Shown: positions 10,336-21,411 of the stretch, one piece after another
Layout: each line of letters starts with the position of its first letter
Position numbering within the stretch: position 1 is the stretch's first letter
Assembly (NCBI GenBank): GCA_031416075.1
Contig: JANOSY010000055.1
Location: 1 to 64,000 of the forward strand
Length of the DNA: 64,000 bases
Direction: 5' to 3'
Source of the DNA: Candidatus Tenderia sp.
GTDB lineage: Bacteria > Pseudomonadota > Gammaproteobacteria > Tenderiales > Tenderiaceae
Notes under the pieces: generated by a model
The model's input: the letters and a program-made list of their open reading frames with translations, nothing else
Told to the model about the DNA's origin: nothing
The model's database searches: none
Translations under genes and position numbers: made by a program

Positions 10336-12267
10336 TCAGCGTTTGTCGTCCTTCACTTCCTCAAACTCAGCGTCAACCACATCATCCTTGGAGTTATCAC
10401 CTTGGGCATCAGCCTGAGAGGAGCCGTCAGGGCCACCCTCTGCAGCAGCTTTTTGTGCATAGACACGTTCGGCCAGTTTGCCAGAGAGTGTAGCCAGGGC
10501 TTCAGTCTTGGCTTCGATCTCACTCTTGTCTTCGCCCTTCATGACCGTTTTCAGCTCTTCAACAGCCGCTTCGATGGCACGCTTCTCTTCCGCCTCAACC
10601 TGATCACCCAGCTCCTTCAAAGAGGAGGTAGTAGAATGAATCATGTTGTCCGCCGCGTTACGGGCCCCTACCATCTCGTGGAACTTACGATCCTCGTCTT
10701 TGTGGGCTTCGGCATCACTCACCATCTTGGCAACCTCTTCATCACTCAGGCCAGAAGAGGCCTTGATGACAATGGAGGTATGTTTGCCAGTGGCCTTGTC
10801 CTTGGCAGAGACATTCAGAATACCGTTGGCATCAATGTCAAAAGTAACTTCGATCTGCGGCACACCCCGGCGCGCCGGGGTGATGTCACCCAGGTCAAAA
10901 CGACCGAGTGATTTATTGGCAGCGGCTATTTCGCGCTCACCCTGTAATACATGCACCGTCACGGCGCTTTGGTTATCTTCAGCGGTAGAAAAAACCTGGT
11001 TGGCCTTGGTTGGGATAGTGGTGTTTTTTTCGATCAGTTTGGTCATCACACCACCCATGGTCTCGATACCCAGAGACAATGGTGTGACGTCGAGCAGCAG
11101 TACATCCTTCACCTCACCACCCAATACGCCACCCTGAATCGCGGCACCTACGGCCACGGCCTCATCAGGATTGACATCCTTGCGTGGCTCTTTGCCAAAG
11201 ATCTCCTGCACCTTGGCCTGCACCATCGGCATGCGGGTCTGACCACCGACCATCAGCACATCATCCACATCAGATGCGGAGAGACCGGCATCCTTCAGCG
11301 CCATGCGGCACGGCTCGACGGTACGACTGACCAGCTCTTCTACCAATGATTCCAGCTTGGCGCGGGTCACCTTGATATTCAGATGCTTCGGACCTTTGGC
11401 ATCGGCAGTGATGTAGGGCAGGTTGACGTCAGTCTGCTGTGAGGAGGAGAGTTCGATCTTGGCCTTCTCAGCCGCCTCTTTCAGGCGCTGTAGCGCCAGC
11501 GGATCGTGATGCAGATCGATACCGCTTTCTTTCTTGAACTCATCGGCAAGATAGTCGATCAGGCGCAAGTCAAAATCTTCACCACCGAGGAAGGTGTCAC
11601 CGTTGGTAGAGAGCACTTCAATCTGCTGCTCACCTTCAACCTCAGCGATTTCGATGATGGAAATATCAAAAGTACCACCACCCAAGTCATAGACAGCCAC
11701 CTTGCGGTCGCCACGGCGTTTATCCATGCCGTAGGCCAAGGCAGCAGCTGTGGGTTCGTTGATAATACGTTTTACTTCCAGACCCGCAATACGACCCGCA
11801 TCTTTGGTAGCTTGGCGCTGCGAGTCATTGAAGTAGGCCGGCACGGTAATAACCGCTTCAGTAACAGGCTCGCCCAGATAATCCTCAGCAGTCTTTTTCA
11901 TCTTCATCAAGACGCGGGCAGAGATTTCTGGCGGTGCCATCTTTTTGCCATTGACATCAATCCAGGCATCGCCATTTTCGGCTTGGGCGATGGTGTAGGG
12001 GACCATCTTGATGTCCTTCTGTACTTCGGCATCCTTGAAGCGGCGACCAATCAGGCGCTTAACCGCAAACAGGGTGTTTTTGGGATTGGTGACCGCCTGA
12101 CGTTTGGCCGACTGGCCGACCAGCACCTCACCATCATCGGCATAGGCGACGATGGATGGGGTTGTACGATCCCCTTCACTGTTCTCAATGACGCGGGGCT
12201 TGCCGTCTTCCATCACTGCGACGCAAGAGTTGGTGGTTCCCAAGTCAATACCGATAATTCTGCCCAT
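10336..12267 (-). CDS. dnaK: Chaperone DnaK
   Basis: [26 protein letters not shown]-terminal DAEFEEV. Confidence 0.99.
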   Translation of the reverse strand: MGRIIGIDLGTTNSCVAVMEDGKPRVIENSEGDRTTPSIVAYADDGEVLVGQSAKRQAVTNPKNTLFAVKRLIGRRFKDAEVQKDIKMVPYTIAQAENGDAWIDVNGKKMAPPEISARVLMKMKKTAEDYLGEPVTEAVITVPAYFNDSQRQATKDAGRIAGLEVKRIINEPTAAALAYGMDKRRGDRKVAVYDLGGGTFDISIIEIAEVEGEQQIEVLSTNGDTFLGGEDFDLRLIDYLADEFKKESGIDLHHDPLALQRLKEAAEKAKIELSSSQQTDVNLPYITADAKGPKHLNIKVTRAKLESLVEELVSRTVEPCRMALKDAGLSASDVDDVLMVGGQTRMPMVQAKVQEIFGKEPRKDVNPDEAVAVGAAIQGGVLGGEVKDVLLLDVTPLSLGIETMGGVMTKLIEKNTTIPTKANQVFSTAEDNQSAVTVHVLQGEREIAAANKSLGRFDLGDITPARRGVPQIEVTFDIDANGILNVSAKDKATGKHTSIVIKASSGLSDEEVAKMVSDAEAHKDEDRKFHEMVGARNAADNMIHSTTSSLKELGDQVEAEEKRAIEAAVEELKTVMKGEDKSEIEAKTEALATLSGKLAERVYAQKAAAEGGPDGSSQADAQGDNSKDDVVDAEFEEVKDDKR

Positions 12268-12336
12268 TACTCCAATCTCCGTAGTTAAGTCTTATGTTCA
12301 TGTTTTGTGCAGCATGGTGGCTGCCGCTTATCCCTT

Positions 12337-12364
12337 TAATGGGGACGACAGCGTATTTATCAAG
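12337..12364 (-). promoter_or_regulatory. sigma32 promoter of dnaK
   Basis: Minus strand CTTGAT-N14-CCCCATTA. Confidence 0.7.
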
Positions 12365-12986
12365 CCTGAAAGTCTATCGTGCCGGTCAAATCGCCCTCAG
12401 ACTTCAGGTTGGCACCCGATTTAGCGCTGGCAACCACCACCATGGCAGGGCGGACCAGACGATCATTAAGCTGATACCCTTTCTGATAAACTGCAACCAC
12501 AGTATTAGGGATCGCATCGGGCAGATCCTGCATCGCCATCGCCTGATGGCGCTCAGCGTTGAACTTCTCACCCATCGGGTTAAGCTCCACCACACCAAAC
12601 TTTGCCACGGCGGCGGCCAACATCTTGCCGGTCAGCTCCAGCCCTTCACGCACTTTTGCCAAATCGGCCCCGTCAGCACTGGCCGCGGCCTCGCCCATTT
12701 CCAGGCTGTCTTTAACCGGCAGCAGCTCGTTTACAAACCGCTCCAGTGCATATTTGTGGGCATTTTCAACATCACGTTCAGCGCGGCGACGGCTGTTATC
12801 AGACTCCGCCTGTACCCTTAGCACCTGATTCCAATGCTCTTCAGCTTTGGCCTGTGCCTCTGTCAACATCTGCTGAAGCTCTTCATAGGTGGGCGCAGGC
12901 AGCTCACTCTGAATTTCCGGGCTGGCCTCTACCACCACCTCTCCATCAATGGCTTCGCTGTTTTCACTTTTTTTATCCGTCATCAC
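12360..12986 (-). CDS. grpE: Nucleotide exchange factor GrpE
   Basis: RVQAESDNSRRR, LLPVKDSLE, QKGYQLNDRLVRPAMVVV. Confidence 0.98.
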   Translation of the reverse strand: MMTDKKSENSEAIDGEVVVEASPEIQSELPAPTYEELQQMLTEAQAKAEEHWNQVLRVQAESDNSRRRAERDVENAHKYALERFVNELLPVKDSLEMGEAAASADGADLAKVREGLELTGKMLAAAVAKFGVVELNPMGEKFNAERHQAMAMQDLPDAIPNTVVAVYQKGYQLNDRLVRPAMVVVASAKSGANLKSEGDLTGTIDFQA

Positions 12987-13026
12987 TCAATCCTGGGTTG
13001 TCAATGAGATACACAACAGTAGCCGT

Positions 13027-13054
13027 AGATGGGGATGATCAATACAGATTCAAG
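13027..13054 (-). promoter_or_regulatory. sigma32 promoter of grpE
   Basis: Minus strand CTTGAA-N14-CCCCATCT. Confidence 0.8.
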
Positions 13055-13283
13055 GCGTGGTCTGATATTTTTGCCGGGCTGGCGGTGGCAGGAAGCACCG
13101 GCCAAACGCGTTCACAAGATATTGCAAATATTCACCAAGATCATTGGCCATGATGGTTTACAACTCCTGTATGATGCAAAAAACTGTCACTACGCTATCA
13201 TCAGCAACCCAAACGTCGGTCAAAGATAGCCGCCCCCAACATCAAAATGTCAAAATAGGGCTTCATCCCAACAGGTTATACAG

Positions 13284-14153
13284 ATGACAACTAAATTCAG
13301 CCGTATCGGCATTGTCAGCAAATTCAGTGACACCTCCATCGGCACCACCATCGAAATACTCGCCAACTTCTTAAGCGCACGTAATCATCAGGTTGTGCTG
13401 GAGGAGAGCGCTGCCAAGACCCTGTGCAATACAACGTTGGAGACAACCTCCATCGATCAGATCGGCAAACATTGTGATCTGGTGATCGTTGTTGGTGGTG
13501 ATGGCACCCTGCTGCACACTGCCCGTTCACTGGCAGACCACAACATCCCACTGGTTGGCATCAATCTTGGTCGCCTGGGCTTTTTAACCGATATTTCGCC
13601 TGACGACATGCTCTCCCGCCTGGATGAGATACTCAGTGGTATCTACCACGAAGAGAAGCGTTTTTTGCTACAGGCGCTGGTAATCCGCAATGGTGAAACT
13701 GTCCAAACAGGCAGCGCGCTCAACGACGTGGTGATTCATAAATGGAATTCAGTGCGGATGATCGAGTTCGAAACCCACGTCGATGGCCTGCTGGTCAACA
13801 GCCAGCGCTCCGACGGTCTGATCGTCTCCACCCCCACCGGCTCCACCGCCTACGCACTCTCAGGCGGCGGCCCCATCATGCATCCCGCCCTGGATGCCAT
13901 CGTACTGGTGCCCATCTGCCCCCACACCCTAAGCAACCGGCCGCTGGTCATCGCCGCCAGCAGTGTGATCGAGTTGCGGGTGACCCGGACTGATATCGCC
14001 CACGTACGTATCACCCTGGATGGCCAGACTATTCTCTCCCTGGCCGAGGGTGATCACGTTCGAATCGTTAAAAAAGAGCCCCCTGTGCGGCTCTTCCACC
14101 CCAAAGGTCACGACCATTTCCAGATCCTGCGCGCCAAACTGCGTTGGGGTTAG
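13284..14153 (+). CDS. nadK: NAD kinase
   Basis: GGDGT, GINLGRLGFL, LND, TPTGSTAYALSGGGP. Confidence 0.97.
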   Translation: MTTKFSRIGIVSKFSDTSIGTTIEILANFLSARNHQVVLEESAAKTLCNTTLETTSIDQIGKHCDLVIVVGGDGTLLHTARSLADHNIPLVGINLGRLGFLTDISPDDMLSRLDEILSGIYHEEKRFLLQALVIRNGETVQTGSALNDVVIHKWNSVRMIEFETHVDGLLVNSQRSDGLIVSTPTGSTAYALSGGGPIMHPALDAIVLVPICPHTLSNRPLVIAASSVIELRVTRTDIAHVRITLDGQTILSLAEGDHVRIVKKEPPVRLFHPKGHDHFQILRAKLRWG

Positions 14154-14168
14154 CGAGTTCAATACACC

Positions 14169-15848
14169 ATGCTGAATCAGATTAACATCCGTAACTTTGC
14201 CATTATTGACGCCTTGGAGCTGGAGTTTCGCCCCGGCATGACCGTGCTCACCGGTGAGACAGGGGCGGGTAAATCGATCCTGGTAGACGCCCTGGGACTC
14301 GTATTGGGTGACCGTGCCGACAGCGACGTGGTGCGCCACGGCGAAACACGCGCCGAGATCAGCGCCGAGTTCAATATCGACACACTGCCCACCGTACTCA
14401 GCTGGCTTCAGCAGAACGACCTGGATGAAGAGCACGACTGCATCCTGCGCCGGGTTGTCTCCGCCGAAGGACGGTCAAAGTGTTACATCAACGGTCGCCC
14501 CGCCTCACTACAACTGATCAAAACGGTCGGCGAGATGCTGGTGGATATCCATGGTCAGCATCAGCACCAGTCGCTGCTCAAAAGTGAAGTACAACGCCAG
14601 CTGCTCGACGACTACGGCACCCATCAACCCCTCGCAGACGAGACCCGCACACTGCAACAGCGCTGGAAAAGCGGCCTCGACAAGCTCGAACAGCTGCGCC
14701 AGAGCGGCCGTGACCGCAATGCCCGTCTCGACCTGCTGCGCTACCACGTGCAAGAGCTGGAAGGGCTGGCGCTGGAGTCCGGCGAGTTTCAAGCGCTGGA
14801 AGAGGAGCAGCGCCGCCTCGCCCACGGCGGTCGTCTGCTGGAGCAGTGCGCCGCCGCCCTGAACGCCCTCTACGACAGTGACGAGATGAGTGCTCAGGGC
14901 ATCATCATCCACTCACTGACCGAACTACAGCAACTCAGCGATATTGACCCCCGGCTAAACAATATCTGCACCCTGATCAACGAGGCCAGCATCCAGGTGC
15001 AAGAGGCTGGCAACGAACTGCGCCACTATGTGGAGCGGCTGGAGCTTGACCCGGCCCGGCTGGAGTGGGTCGATCAGCGACTGGGGGCAATCCACGATCT
15101 GGCACGCAAACACCACGTCGACCCCGAGGCGCTGCCGACGCTGCTGCAAAACTTCAGTGACGAACTCCAGCGCCTGGAAAACGCCGACGTACTGCTCGAC
15201 CAGCTCCAGACCGAACTTAAACAGCTACTCAGCCAATACCAGGACAGCGCAAAAAAACTGAGCCAGGCGCGCCAAAAGAGCGCCAAAAAACTCTCCACCG
15301 CCGTCACTGAGATTATCCGCCAGCTGGGTATGCCTGCCGGGCAGTTCACCGTCGCCCTACAGCCACGGGAAGAGCAGACACCCCACCGCCACGGCTTGGA
15401 GCAGATCAGTTTTGAAGTTGCCGCCAACCCCGGCCAGCCCGCCAAACCGTTGAGCAAAGTCGCCTCCGGTGGTGAACTGTCACGTATCTCGCTAGCGATA
15501 CAGGTACTGCTCGCCAATAACCAGAAGATCCCAACACTGATCTTTGATGAGGTGGACACGGGCATTGGGGGCGCAGTTGCTGAAACTGTCGGCCGCCAGC
15601 TGCGAACCCTCGGCGTCAGCCATCAGGTGATGTGTGTTACACACCTGCCACAAGTGGCAGCACTAGGGCACCAACACCTGCAAGTGAGCAAAAAGATCGA
15701 AGGGAAAAACACCTGGACCCAGATCCAGCTGCTGGCAAATGAGCAGCGTCAGGAGGAGATTGCCCGCATGATGAGCGGCATGGAGATCACACCACAGACC
15801 CGCGCCCACGCCAGAGAGATGATTGACCGTGCCGAAGCACTGGCATAA
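14169..15848 (+). CDS. recN: DNA repair protein RecN
   Basis: LTGETGAGKS, ASGGELSR, IFDEVDTG, VTHLPQVA. Confidence 0.98.
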   Translation: MLNQINIRNFAIIDALELEFRPGMTVLTGETGAGKSILVDALGLVLGDRADSDVVRHGETRAEISAEFNIDTLPTVLSWLQQNDLDEEHDCILRRVVSAEGRSKCYINGRPASLQLIKTVGEMLVDIHGQHQHQSLLKSEVQRQLLDDYGTHQPLADETRTLQQRWKSGLDKLEQLRQSGRDRNARLDLLRYHVQELEGLALESGEFQALEEEQRRLAHGGRLLEQCAAALNALYDSDEMSAQGIIIHSLTELQQLSDIDPRLNNICTLINEASIQVQEAGNELRHYVERLELDPARLEWVDQRLGAIHDLARKHHVDPEALPTLLQNFSDELQRLENADVLLDQLQTELKQLLSQYQDSAKKLSQARQKSAKKLSTAVTEIIRQLGMPAGQFTVALQPREEQTPHRHGLEQISFEVAANPGQPAKPLSKVASGGELSRISLAIQVLLANNQKIPTLIFDEVDTGIGGAVAETVGRQLRTLGVSHQVMCVTHLPQVAALGHQHLQVSKKIEGKNTWTQIQLLANEQRQEEIARMMSGMEITPQTRAHAREMIDRAEALA

Positions 15849-15870
15849 AGAAGCACTGGCATAAACAGGA

Positions 15871-16293
15871 CTACTTCTCCCTCGCCTGGCAGGCCGGACA
15901 GATACCATATATATAGAGGCTATGGTCAGTGATGCGATACCCGGCATTGGCGGCAATCACCCGTTGGCGCTCCTCGATCGTCTCATCAACAAACTCCTCC
16001 ACACCACCACAAGAGGTGCAGAGCATATGGTCATGATGCACACCATGGTCCAGTTCAAATACTGAATACCCCCCCTCAAAATGGTGGCGCGCCACCAAAC
16101 CGGCCGCCTCAAACTGGGTCAATACACGGTAAACCGTTGCCAGACCGATATCTTCATTGCTTTCCAGCAACGCCTTATACACATCCTCAGCACGCATGTG
16201 CTGATCCCGATTGTTTTCCAGGATCTCTAAAATCTTAAGTCGCGGTACCGTCGCTTTCAGCCCGGCCTTTTTCAAGTCTTGTGTTTGAGTCAA
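15871..16293 (-). CDS. fur: Ferric uptake regulator
   Basis: LKKAGLKATVPR, GLATVYRVLTQF, HHDHM. Probable TTG start at 16293 after GGAG. Confidence 0.95.
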   Translation of the reverse strand: MTQTQDLKKAGLKATVPRLKILEILENNRDQHMRAEDVYKALLESNEDIGLATVYRVLTQFEAAGLVARHHFEGGYSVFELDHGVHHDHMLCTSCGGVEEFVDETIEERQRVIAANAGYRITDHSLYIYGICPACQAREK

Positions 16294-16388
16294 GCTATTC
16301 GCTCCGTGAATGTCCAAAAATGGCGACTTACCCCAAAACTGGTGTAATATTCCCGCCCATCTCTGGCCAATAGTTGATCGTACTGCTA

Positions 16389-16709
16389 ATGCAAAAGCTT
16401 CTCATCTCCACCCTACTATGTGCAAGCCTTCTTTCCGCGTGCAGCGCCCATAAGCTTGAAATCCAGCAGGGCAACGTTATCGCCCCGGAGATGGTGGAAA
16501 AACTCAAACCGGGCATGACCTCCCGCCAGGTGAAGTTTGTCATGGGTTCACCCCAGCTCACAGACCCCTTCCACAAGGATCGCTGGGATTACCTCTACAT
16601 CCTCAGAAGTGACGGTAAAATCGCCGAAAAGAGACATCTGATACTCTTTTTTGAAGGTGACGTGCTCAGCCACATCGACAACCAGACCGCCACCACGCCA
16701 CCTCTCTAA
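16389..16709 (+). CDS. bamE: Outer membrane assembly lipoprotein BamE
   Basis: LSAC lipobox, IQQGN, GM...QV..MGSP, DPFH.DRWDY. Divergent from fur. Confidence 0.95.
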   Translation: MQKLLISTLLCASLLSACSAHKLEIQQGNVIAPEMVEKLKPGMTSRQVKFVMGSPQLTDPFHKDRWDYLYILRSDGKIAEKRHLILFFEGDVLSHIDNQTATTPPL

Positions 16710-17026
16710 ACGTCACCGCCCCCTTTTTTCATCTTCTTCCCCTCTGCCGCACGCTGACGTCGTACCTCTTTAGGGTCAGCAATCAGCTTGCGGTAGATCT
16801 CAATACGATCCCCCTCACGCAGACCACTGGCAGTCAACTTGGTCAACTTGCCAAAAATACCCACTTTGCTGTCGGCCAGATCGATCTCCGGAAACTTATC
16901 CAGAATCCCAGACGCCTTAACGGCATCCTCCACCGTCCCATCCTTAGCCACATTAGCCGTCAAAATCAGCTGCGTATCCGGCCGTGCATACGCCACCTCA
17001 ATCTTAATCATTTCACCGTTTTCCAT
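16706..17026 (-). CDS. ratB: RnfH/RatB ubiquitin-like protein
   Basis: IEVAYA, VGIFGK, GDRIEIYRKLIADPKEVRRQRA. Confidence 0.93.
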   Translation of the reverse strand: MENGEMIKIEVAYARPDTQLILTANVAKDGTVEDAVKASGILDKFPEIDLADSKVGIFGKLTKLTASGLREGDRIEIYRKLIADPKEVRRQRAAEGKKMKKGGGDV

Positions 17027-17450
17027 AGACCTCCACCGCCCGCTGACAAAAAGCATCCACCAAAGAGTTGGCAATCTGGCTAAATACCGGCCCCACCGTC
17101 AAACCCAGAAACTTGTTCGAAAACTCAAACTCCATCATCAACGACACCTTGCACGACACCTCGTCCAACACATCAAAGCGCCAAAACCCCTCCAGATGGT
17201 GGAACGGCCCTTCTTCCAGACGCATCTCAATCATCTTATTGATCTGCATACGATTACAGGTTGTAAACGTTTTATTAATACCGCCCTTACTCAACTCCAG
17301 GCAACCCCGCACCTCATCATCACCCCGACTCAATACCCGACTGCTCTTGCACCAAGGCAAAAAAGCTTGATACGAATCGATATCATCCACCAGCGCATAC
17401 ATCTCCGCCGCAGAATAAGGCACCAAAGCACTACGATTAATCGCTGTCAT
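17013..17450 (-). CDS. ratA: RatA/PasT (Coq10-like START domain)
   Basis: SALVPYSAAEMYALVDDI, FLPWC, GPF.HLEG.WRF. Confidence 0.95.
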   Translation of the reverse strand: MTAINRSALVPYSAAEMYALVDDIDSYQAFLPWCKSSRVLSRGDDEVRGCLELSKGGINKTFTTCNRMQINKMIEMRLEEGPFHHLEGFWRFDVLDEVSCKVSLMMEFEFSNKFLGLTVGPVFSQIANSLVDAFCQRAVEVYGKR

Positions 17451-17621
17451 ACCACTCCAAAATCCCAAATAACACTGCGGGCACAGCCGCCTGCGTTAAA
17501 AACCGCTGTAAACGATAGCCGAAGGCAGAGCCCCCCCCGCAACCCATGCCAAAAATAACCAGCAACAATTTTACACCGGAAACTCACACATCGATTAGCA
17601 CTACCATTATAATTGGCACCC

Positions 17622-18104
17622 ATGAGCAAAAACGCACAAACAAAGACAGGCCAGGGCGGCGGCACCATCACCCTCAACAAAAAAGCCAAACACGAGTTTT
17701 TTATTGAGGACAAATTTGAAGCGGGCATCGTACTCGAAGGCTGGGAAGTCAAAAGCCTGCGCGCCGGAAAGGTGCAGATGCGCGACAGCTACGTCCTGAT
17801 CAAAAATGGCGAGGCGTTCCTCATTGGCACCCTCATCTCACCGCTGAATACTGCCTCCACCCATATCCACCCCAGCGCCGAACGGACCCGCAAACTGCTG
17901 CTCAACCGCCACGAGCTGAGCAAACTGATCGGTGCCGTCGAGCGCCAAGGCTATACCGTCATCCCTATCGCCATGTACTGGAGCAAAAACCGGGTCAAGC
18001 TCGAAATTGGCCTTGCCAAGGGCAAACAGGAACACGACAAACGCAATACCGAACGTGACCGCGAATGGGCACGCGACAAACAGCGCATCATGAAACGTGG
18101 CTAA
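17622..18104 (+). CDS. smpB: SsrA-binding protein
   Basis: NKKAKHEF, EAGIVLEGWEVKSLRAG, RTRKLLL, AKGKQEHDKR. Confidence 0.98.
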   Translation: MSKNAQTKTGQGGGTITLNKKAKHEFFIEDKFEAGIVLEGWEVKSLRAGKVQMRDSYVLIKNGEAFLIGTLISPLNTASTHIHPSAERTRKLLLNRHELSKLIGAVERQGYTVIPIAMYWSKNRVKLEIGLAKGKQEHDKRNTERDREWARDKQRIMKRG

Positions 18105-18158
18105 ATCATCGCTGGCCGGGAACCTCCACGTCAGATACAATGCTCCACTTGAACCAAA

Positions 18159-18518
18159 GGGGGCGATCTGGCTTCGACGTGGATTGCGAAACCCAAGGTG
18201 CATGCCGAGGTGTAGGTCCCCTCGTAAAACAATCTACAAACTTATAGTTGCCAACGAAGACAACTACGCACTCGCTGCTTAATACCCAGTAGGGTGCCCT
18301 CGGCCCAAGTCTGTGCTTGTGCACTTGGTAACCGGGGTCGACTCACACAAGCTCGCGATGAAGTTAGTCTGGCACCGATTCGTTAAATTCTTACAGACTC
18401 GCCGTATGTTTTCCCTGCCAATCGGGTAGCATGCGGTTAAATTAATAGATTGGATAAGCATGTAGAGCTGACGGCAGAGGATTTGCGGACGCGGGTTCGA
18501 TTCCCGCCGCCTCCACCA
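18159..18518 (+). ncRNA. ssrA: tmRNA; tag peptide (A)ANEDNYALAA at 18250-18282
   Basis: 5' GGGGGCG pairs with 3' CGCCTCC-ACCA. T-arm GCGGGTTCGATTCCCGC. Tag ORF ends YALAA*. Lies downstream of smpB. Confidence 0.97.
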
Positions 18519-18552
18519 TTTAATGATTCAAGTACGTCCAGCACCATCCAAA

Positions 18553-18580
18553 GAACCCGCCTAAGTGCGGGTTTTTTATT
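18553..18580 (+). terminator. Intrinsic terminator after ssrA
   Basis: gaacccgc-ctaagt-gcgggttttttatt. Confidence 0.8.
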
Positions 18581-18683
18581 GTTTTATCGTCCATACAGGG
18601 GTAACATCGTCCAACAACATCCGGCCTTGAGCGGGGGTAACTATGGGGGTTACCCCCAAGGTCGGTAGGAGAGTTACCCCCAA

Positions 18684-19898
18684 ATGCCCCTAACCGATAC
18701 CGCAATCCGCAACGCCAAGCCCGGAGAGAAGCCCGCCAAGCTATTTGATGAGCGCGGGCTATTCCTGCTGGTTACCCCATCCGGGGGTAAGTGGTGGCGC
18801 TTCAAGTACCGTTTCGACGGCAAAGAAAAACTCCTCTCCCTTGGCGTCTATCCCGACGTGGGCCTAAAAGATGCTCGCGAACGACGCGACGAAGCCCGCA
18901 AGCAGGTTGCCGCCGGAATAGACCCCGGCGAAAACCGCAAAGCCCAGAAGTCAGCGCAAACCGACCGGGCCGCCAACAGCTTTGAAGTGGTGGCGCGGGA
19001 ATGGTTCGCCAAATATTCATCAAGCTGGGTAGATAGCCATGGCACCCGAATCATCCGGCGCTTCGAGAGCAACATTTTCCCATGGATCGGTGGCCGCCCC
19101 ATTGCCGACATAACCGCCCCAGAGTTACTGGCCACGGTACGCCGCATTGAAGAACGTGGAGCACTGGAGACCGCGCACCGGGCACTTTCCAACTGTGGGC
19201 AAGTGTTCCGCTATGCTGTGGCGACTGGCCGGGCCGTGCGTGATCCCACCGGTGACCTTCGCGGCGCACTCCCCCCAGTCAAGGGGGAGCACTTCGCCTC
19301 CACCACTGAGCCAAAGCGGGTAGCGGACATCCTACGGGCCATGGATGGCTATGAAGGCACCCTAACCGTGCGCTGTGCCCTACGCCTTGCCCCTCTGGTC
19401 TTTGTGCGCCCCGGTGAACTACGCCACGCCGAATGGACAGACATCGACCTTGAGGCGGCAGAGTGGCGCTACATCGTCACCAAGACCAACACCCCCCACA
19501 TCGTCCCCCTCGCCCGCCAAGCCGTGGAGATATTGCGCGAACTGCACCCCCTCACCGGGCGCGGGCACTTTGTCTTTCCGGGGGCGCGAAGCATTGCCCG
19601 CCCCATGAGTGAAAACGCAATCCTGGCCGCCATGCGGCGTATGGGTATCGCTAAAGAGGAGATGAGCGGCCACGGCTTCCGCGCCATGGCCCGCACCATC
19701 CTTGATGAAGTGCTAGGGGTGCGCCCTGACTTCATCGAGCACCAGTTAGCCCACGCCGTGCGTGATCCAAACGGACGCGCCTACAACCGCACAGCTCACC
19801 TTCCAGAACGGCAAAAGATGATGCAGCAATGGGCGGACTATCTGGACACGCTGAAGGCCGGTGCTGAAGTGATACCTCTGCACAGCAGAAAGGCTTAA
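18684..19898 (+). CDS. P4-family tyrosine integrase
   Basis: Arm-binding N-terminus MPLTDTAIRNAKP...GVYPDVGLKDAR. Catalytic residues in RPGELR, HGFR, EHQLAH, AYNR. Confidence 0.97.
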   Translation: MPLTDTAIRNAKPGEKPAKLFDERGLFLLVTPSGGKWWRFKYRFDGKEKLLSLGVYPDVGLKDARERRDEARKQVAAGIDPGENRKAQKSAQTDRAANSFEVVAREWFAKYSSSWVDSHGTRIIRRFESNIFPWIGGRPIADITAPELLATVRRIEERGALETAHRALSNCGQVFRYAVATGRAVRDPTGDLRGALPPVKGEHFASTTEPKRVADILRAMDGYEGTLTVRCALRLAPLVFVRPGELRHAEWTDIDLEAAEWRYIVTKTNTPHIVPLARQAVEILRELHPLTGRGHFVFPGARSIARPMSENAILAAMRRMGIAKEEMSGHGFRAMARTILDEVLGVRPDFIEHQLAHAVRDPNGRAYNRTAHLPERQKMMQQWADYLDTLKAGAEVIPLHSRKA

Positions 19899-19985
19899 CG
19901 AATAAGCTCACATGGCCAATGGTAAGAGTGAAAGCCGCCTCCGAACCAGTTGATTCGATTAAATCTCAGACAAAGAGACCGATAA

Positions 19986-20669
19986 ATGTCAGATAAAGTA
20001 TATAGCCGCAGATTAATATCCTTACGAATAAAAGAATTTAAGAATGGCACGCCTCCACAAAAGCACTCACTGACACAGCTCCTTGAATATATTGGGAATG
20101 AGATTGAACTAGCATCACATGAAGAGGAAAAATTAGATAAAGATTGGTCTATCTTAAGAGATGCCCATCAATCTGCTTGTCGAGAATTAAACAATAGCAA
20201 CAATGAATCAGCAGGCTGGATTTACTTCAAATTAGGAACACTTTATGAACGTCTGACATCAGCTTATTATGAGGATCTAATGGATGATGTAATAGAGGAC
20301 TACAAAGGCTTGGTCGACGCCGAATATAAACACACCAATCGAGAAGACTCTAGATTAAAAGCACTACATACCAGAAATAATGCCAGCAAAGCTAATAAAG
20401 AACTAATCCAAATATGGGCAACAGAAATCTGGAAAAATGACATTTCAAAATCAATTCGCCTAACTGACATGTGCGATGTGATTCACAAAACAATGGAAAC
20501 CAGGGTAGAAAACGAAATCAAAGATGTATTTAAAGATGATGCGGATGATTGCAAGGAATGGATAGAAGCATTAAAAAAAGCCATCCCAAAAAAATCCGAG
20601 AGTCTTAAGCCATGGCTAAGAGAGGTAGCCCCTGATTACGCAAAAAAGCCTGGAAGACCAAAAAAATAA
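19986..20669 (+). CDS. Hypothetical protein with C-terminal KPGRPKK (AT-hook-like)
   Basis: 227 aa AT-rich ORF between int and alpA. Confidence 0.7.
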   Translation: MSDKVYSRRLISLRIKEFKNGTPPQKHSLTQLLEYIGNEIELASHEEEKLDKDWSILRDAHQSACRELNNSNNESAGWIYFKLGTLYERLTSAYYEDLMDDVIEDYKGLVDAEYKHTNREDSRLKALHTRNNASKANKELIQIWATEIWKNDISKSIRLTDMCDVIHKTMETRVENEIKDVFKDDADDCKEWIEALKKAIPKKSESLKPWLREVAPDYAKKPGRPKK

Positions 20670-20779
20670 ACGTAGTTAGCGCACGAAAATAATATTTCAC
20701 GTGCGCCACACAAATATACCGAATGAAAAATATGGTATTAAATCCATAACCATCTACAACAGCCCAAAAGGGGACAAAG

Positions 20780-21001
20780 ATGGTTAATAAATCTCAACAA
20801 ATTAGAAGCCTTCCTGAAGTTGGTTACCTGAGATTAAATCAAGTTCTACAATTCATTCCAGTTGGAAAATCGACCTGGTGGAATGGTGTTAAATCTGGCC
20901 GATTCCCTAAGCCTGTCAGATCACTAGGCAAACGAATCACAGCTTGGAAAGTAGAAGACATACGCACCCTGATTGAACAATCAGACAACCGGGGGGCATA
21001 A
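20780..21001 (+). CDS. alpA: AlpA-family excisionase/regulator
   Basis: YLRLNQV..IPVGKSTWW.GVKSGRFPKPV..G.RITAW. Confidence 0.92.
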   Translation: MVNKSQQIRSLPEVGYLRLNQVLQFIPVGKSTWWNGVKSGRFPKPVRSLGKRITAWKVEDIRTLIEQSDNRGA

Positions 21002-21002
21002 C

Positions 21003-21254
21003 ATGAAGAATAAATATTGTAGCAGTGCCACCGCCCAACGTGCCCGACTCCTGACTGCATTGAGAAAAGGCCCGGTATCAACTATCAAGGCACGGCATGA
21101 ACTGGACATCCTCGCACCAGCACCCCGCATTTATGAACTGCGACATTTGGAAGGCTTAAAGATAACCACCCACTGGCGCACTGAGACCACGCCAGAAGGC
21201 TTTACTCATCGCGTGGCTGAATATGTATTGCACAGCCAAGGCGGTGAGTTATGA
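21003..21254 (+). CDS. Winged helix-turn-helix protein
   Basis: QRARLLTALRKGPVSTIKAR..LDILAPAPRIYELR...HRVAEYVL. Confidence 0.8.
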   Translation: MKNKYCSSATAQRARLLTALRKGPVSTIKARHELDILAPAPRIYELRHLEGLKITTHWRTETTPEGFTHRVAEYVLHSQGGEL

Positions 21255-21409
21255 GCGACTTCACAGCATCACGGGATGGCGACTGGATCAAAGAGCTTGA
21301 GCTGTTGATCCTTCGCCATGAAGAACAAGGGGCAGGATATGACATGGCCAGCATGACCGATGCCGATAGATGGGGGCTGTATCTGCACCTCCAAAAACTG
21401 GAAGGCTGA
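21251..21409 (+). CDS. Small hypothetical protein (52 aa)
   Basis: ATGA overlap with the upstream gene; stop lies 2 bp before the next ATG. MSDFTASRDGDWIKELELL...LQKLEG. Confidence 0.55.
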   Translation: MSDFTASRDGDWIKELELLILRHEEQGAGYDMASMTDADRWGLYLHLQKLEG

Positions 21410-21411
21410 AC

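Noticed and set aside
18065-18705. Short ORFs across ssrA and attL
   Set aside because: They overlap tmRNA and the att region; only the tag peptide is supported.
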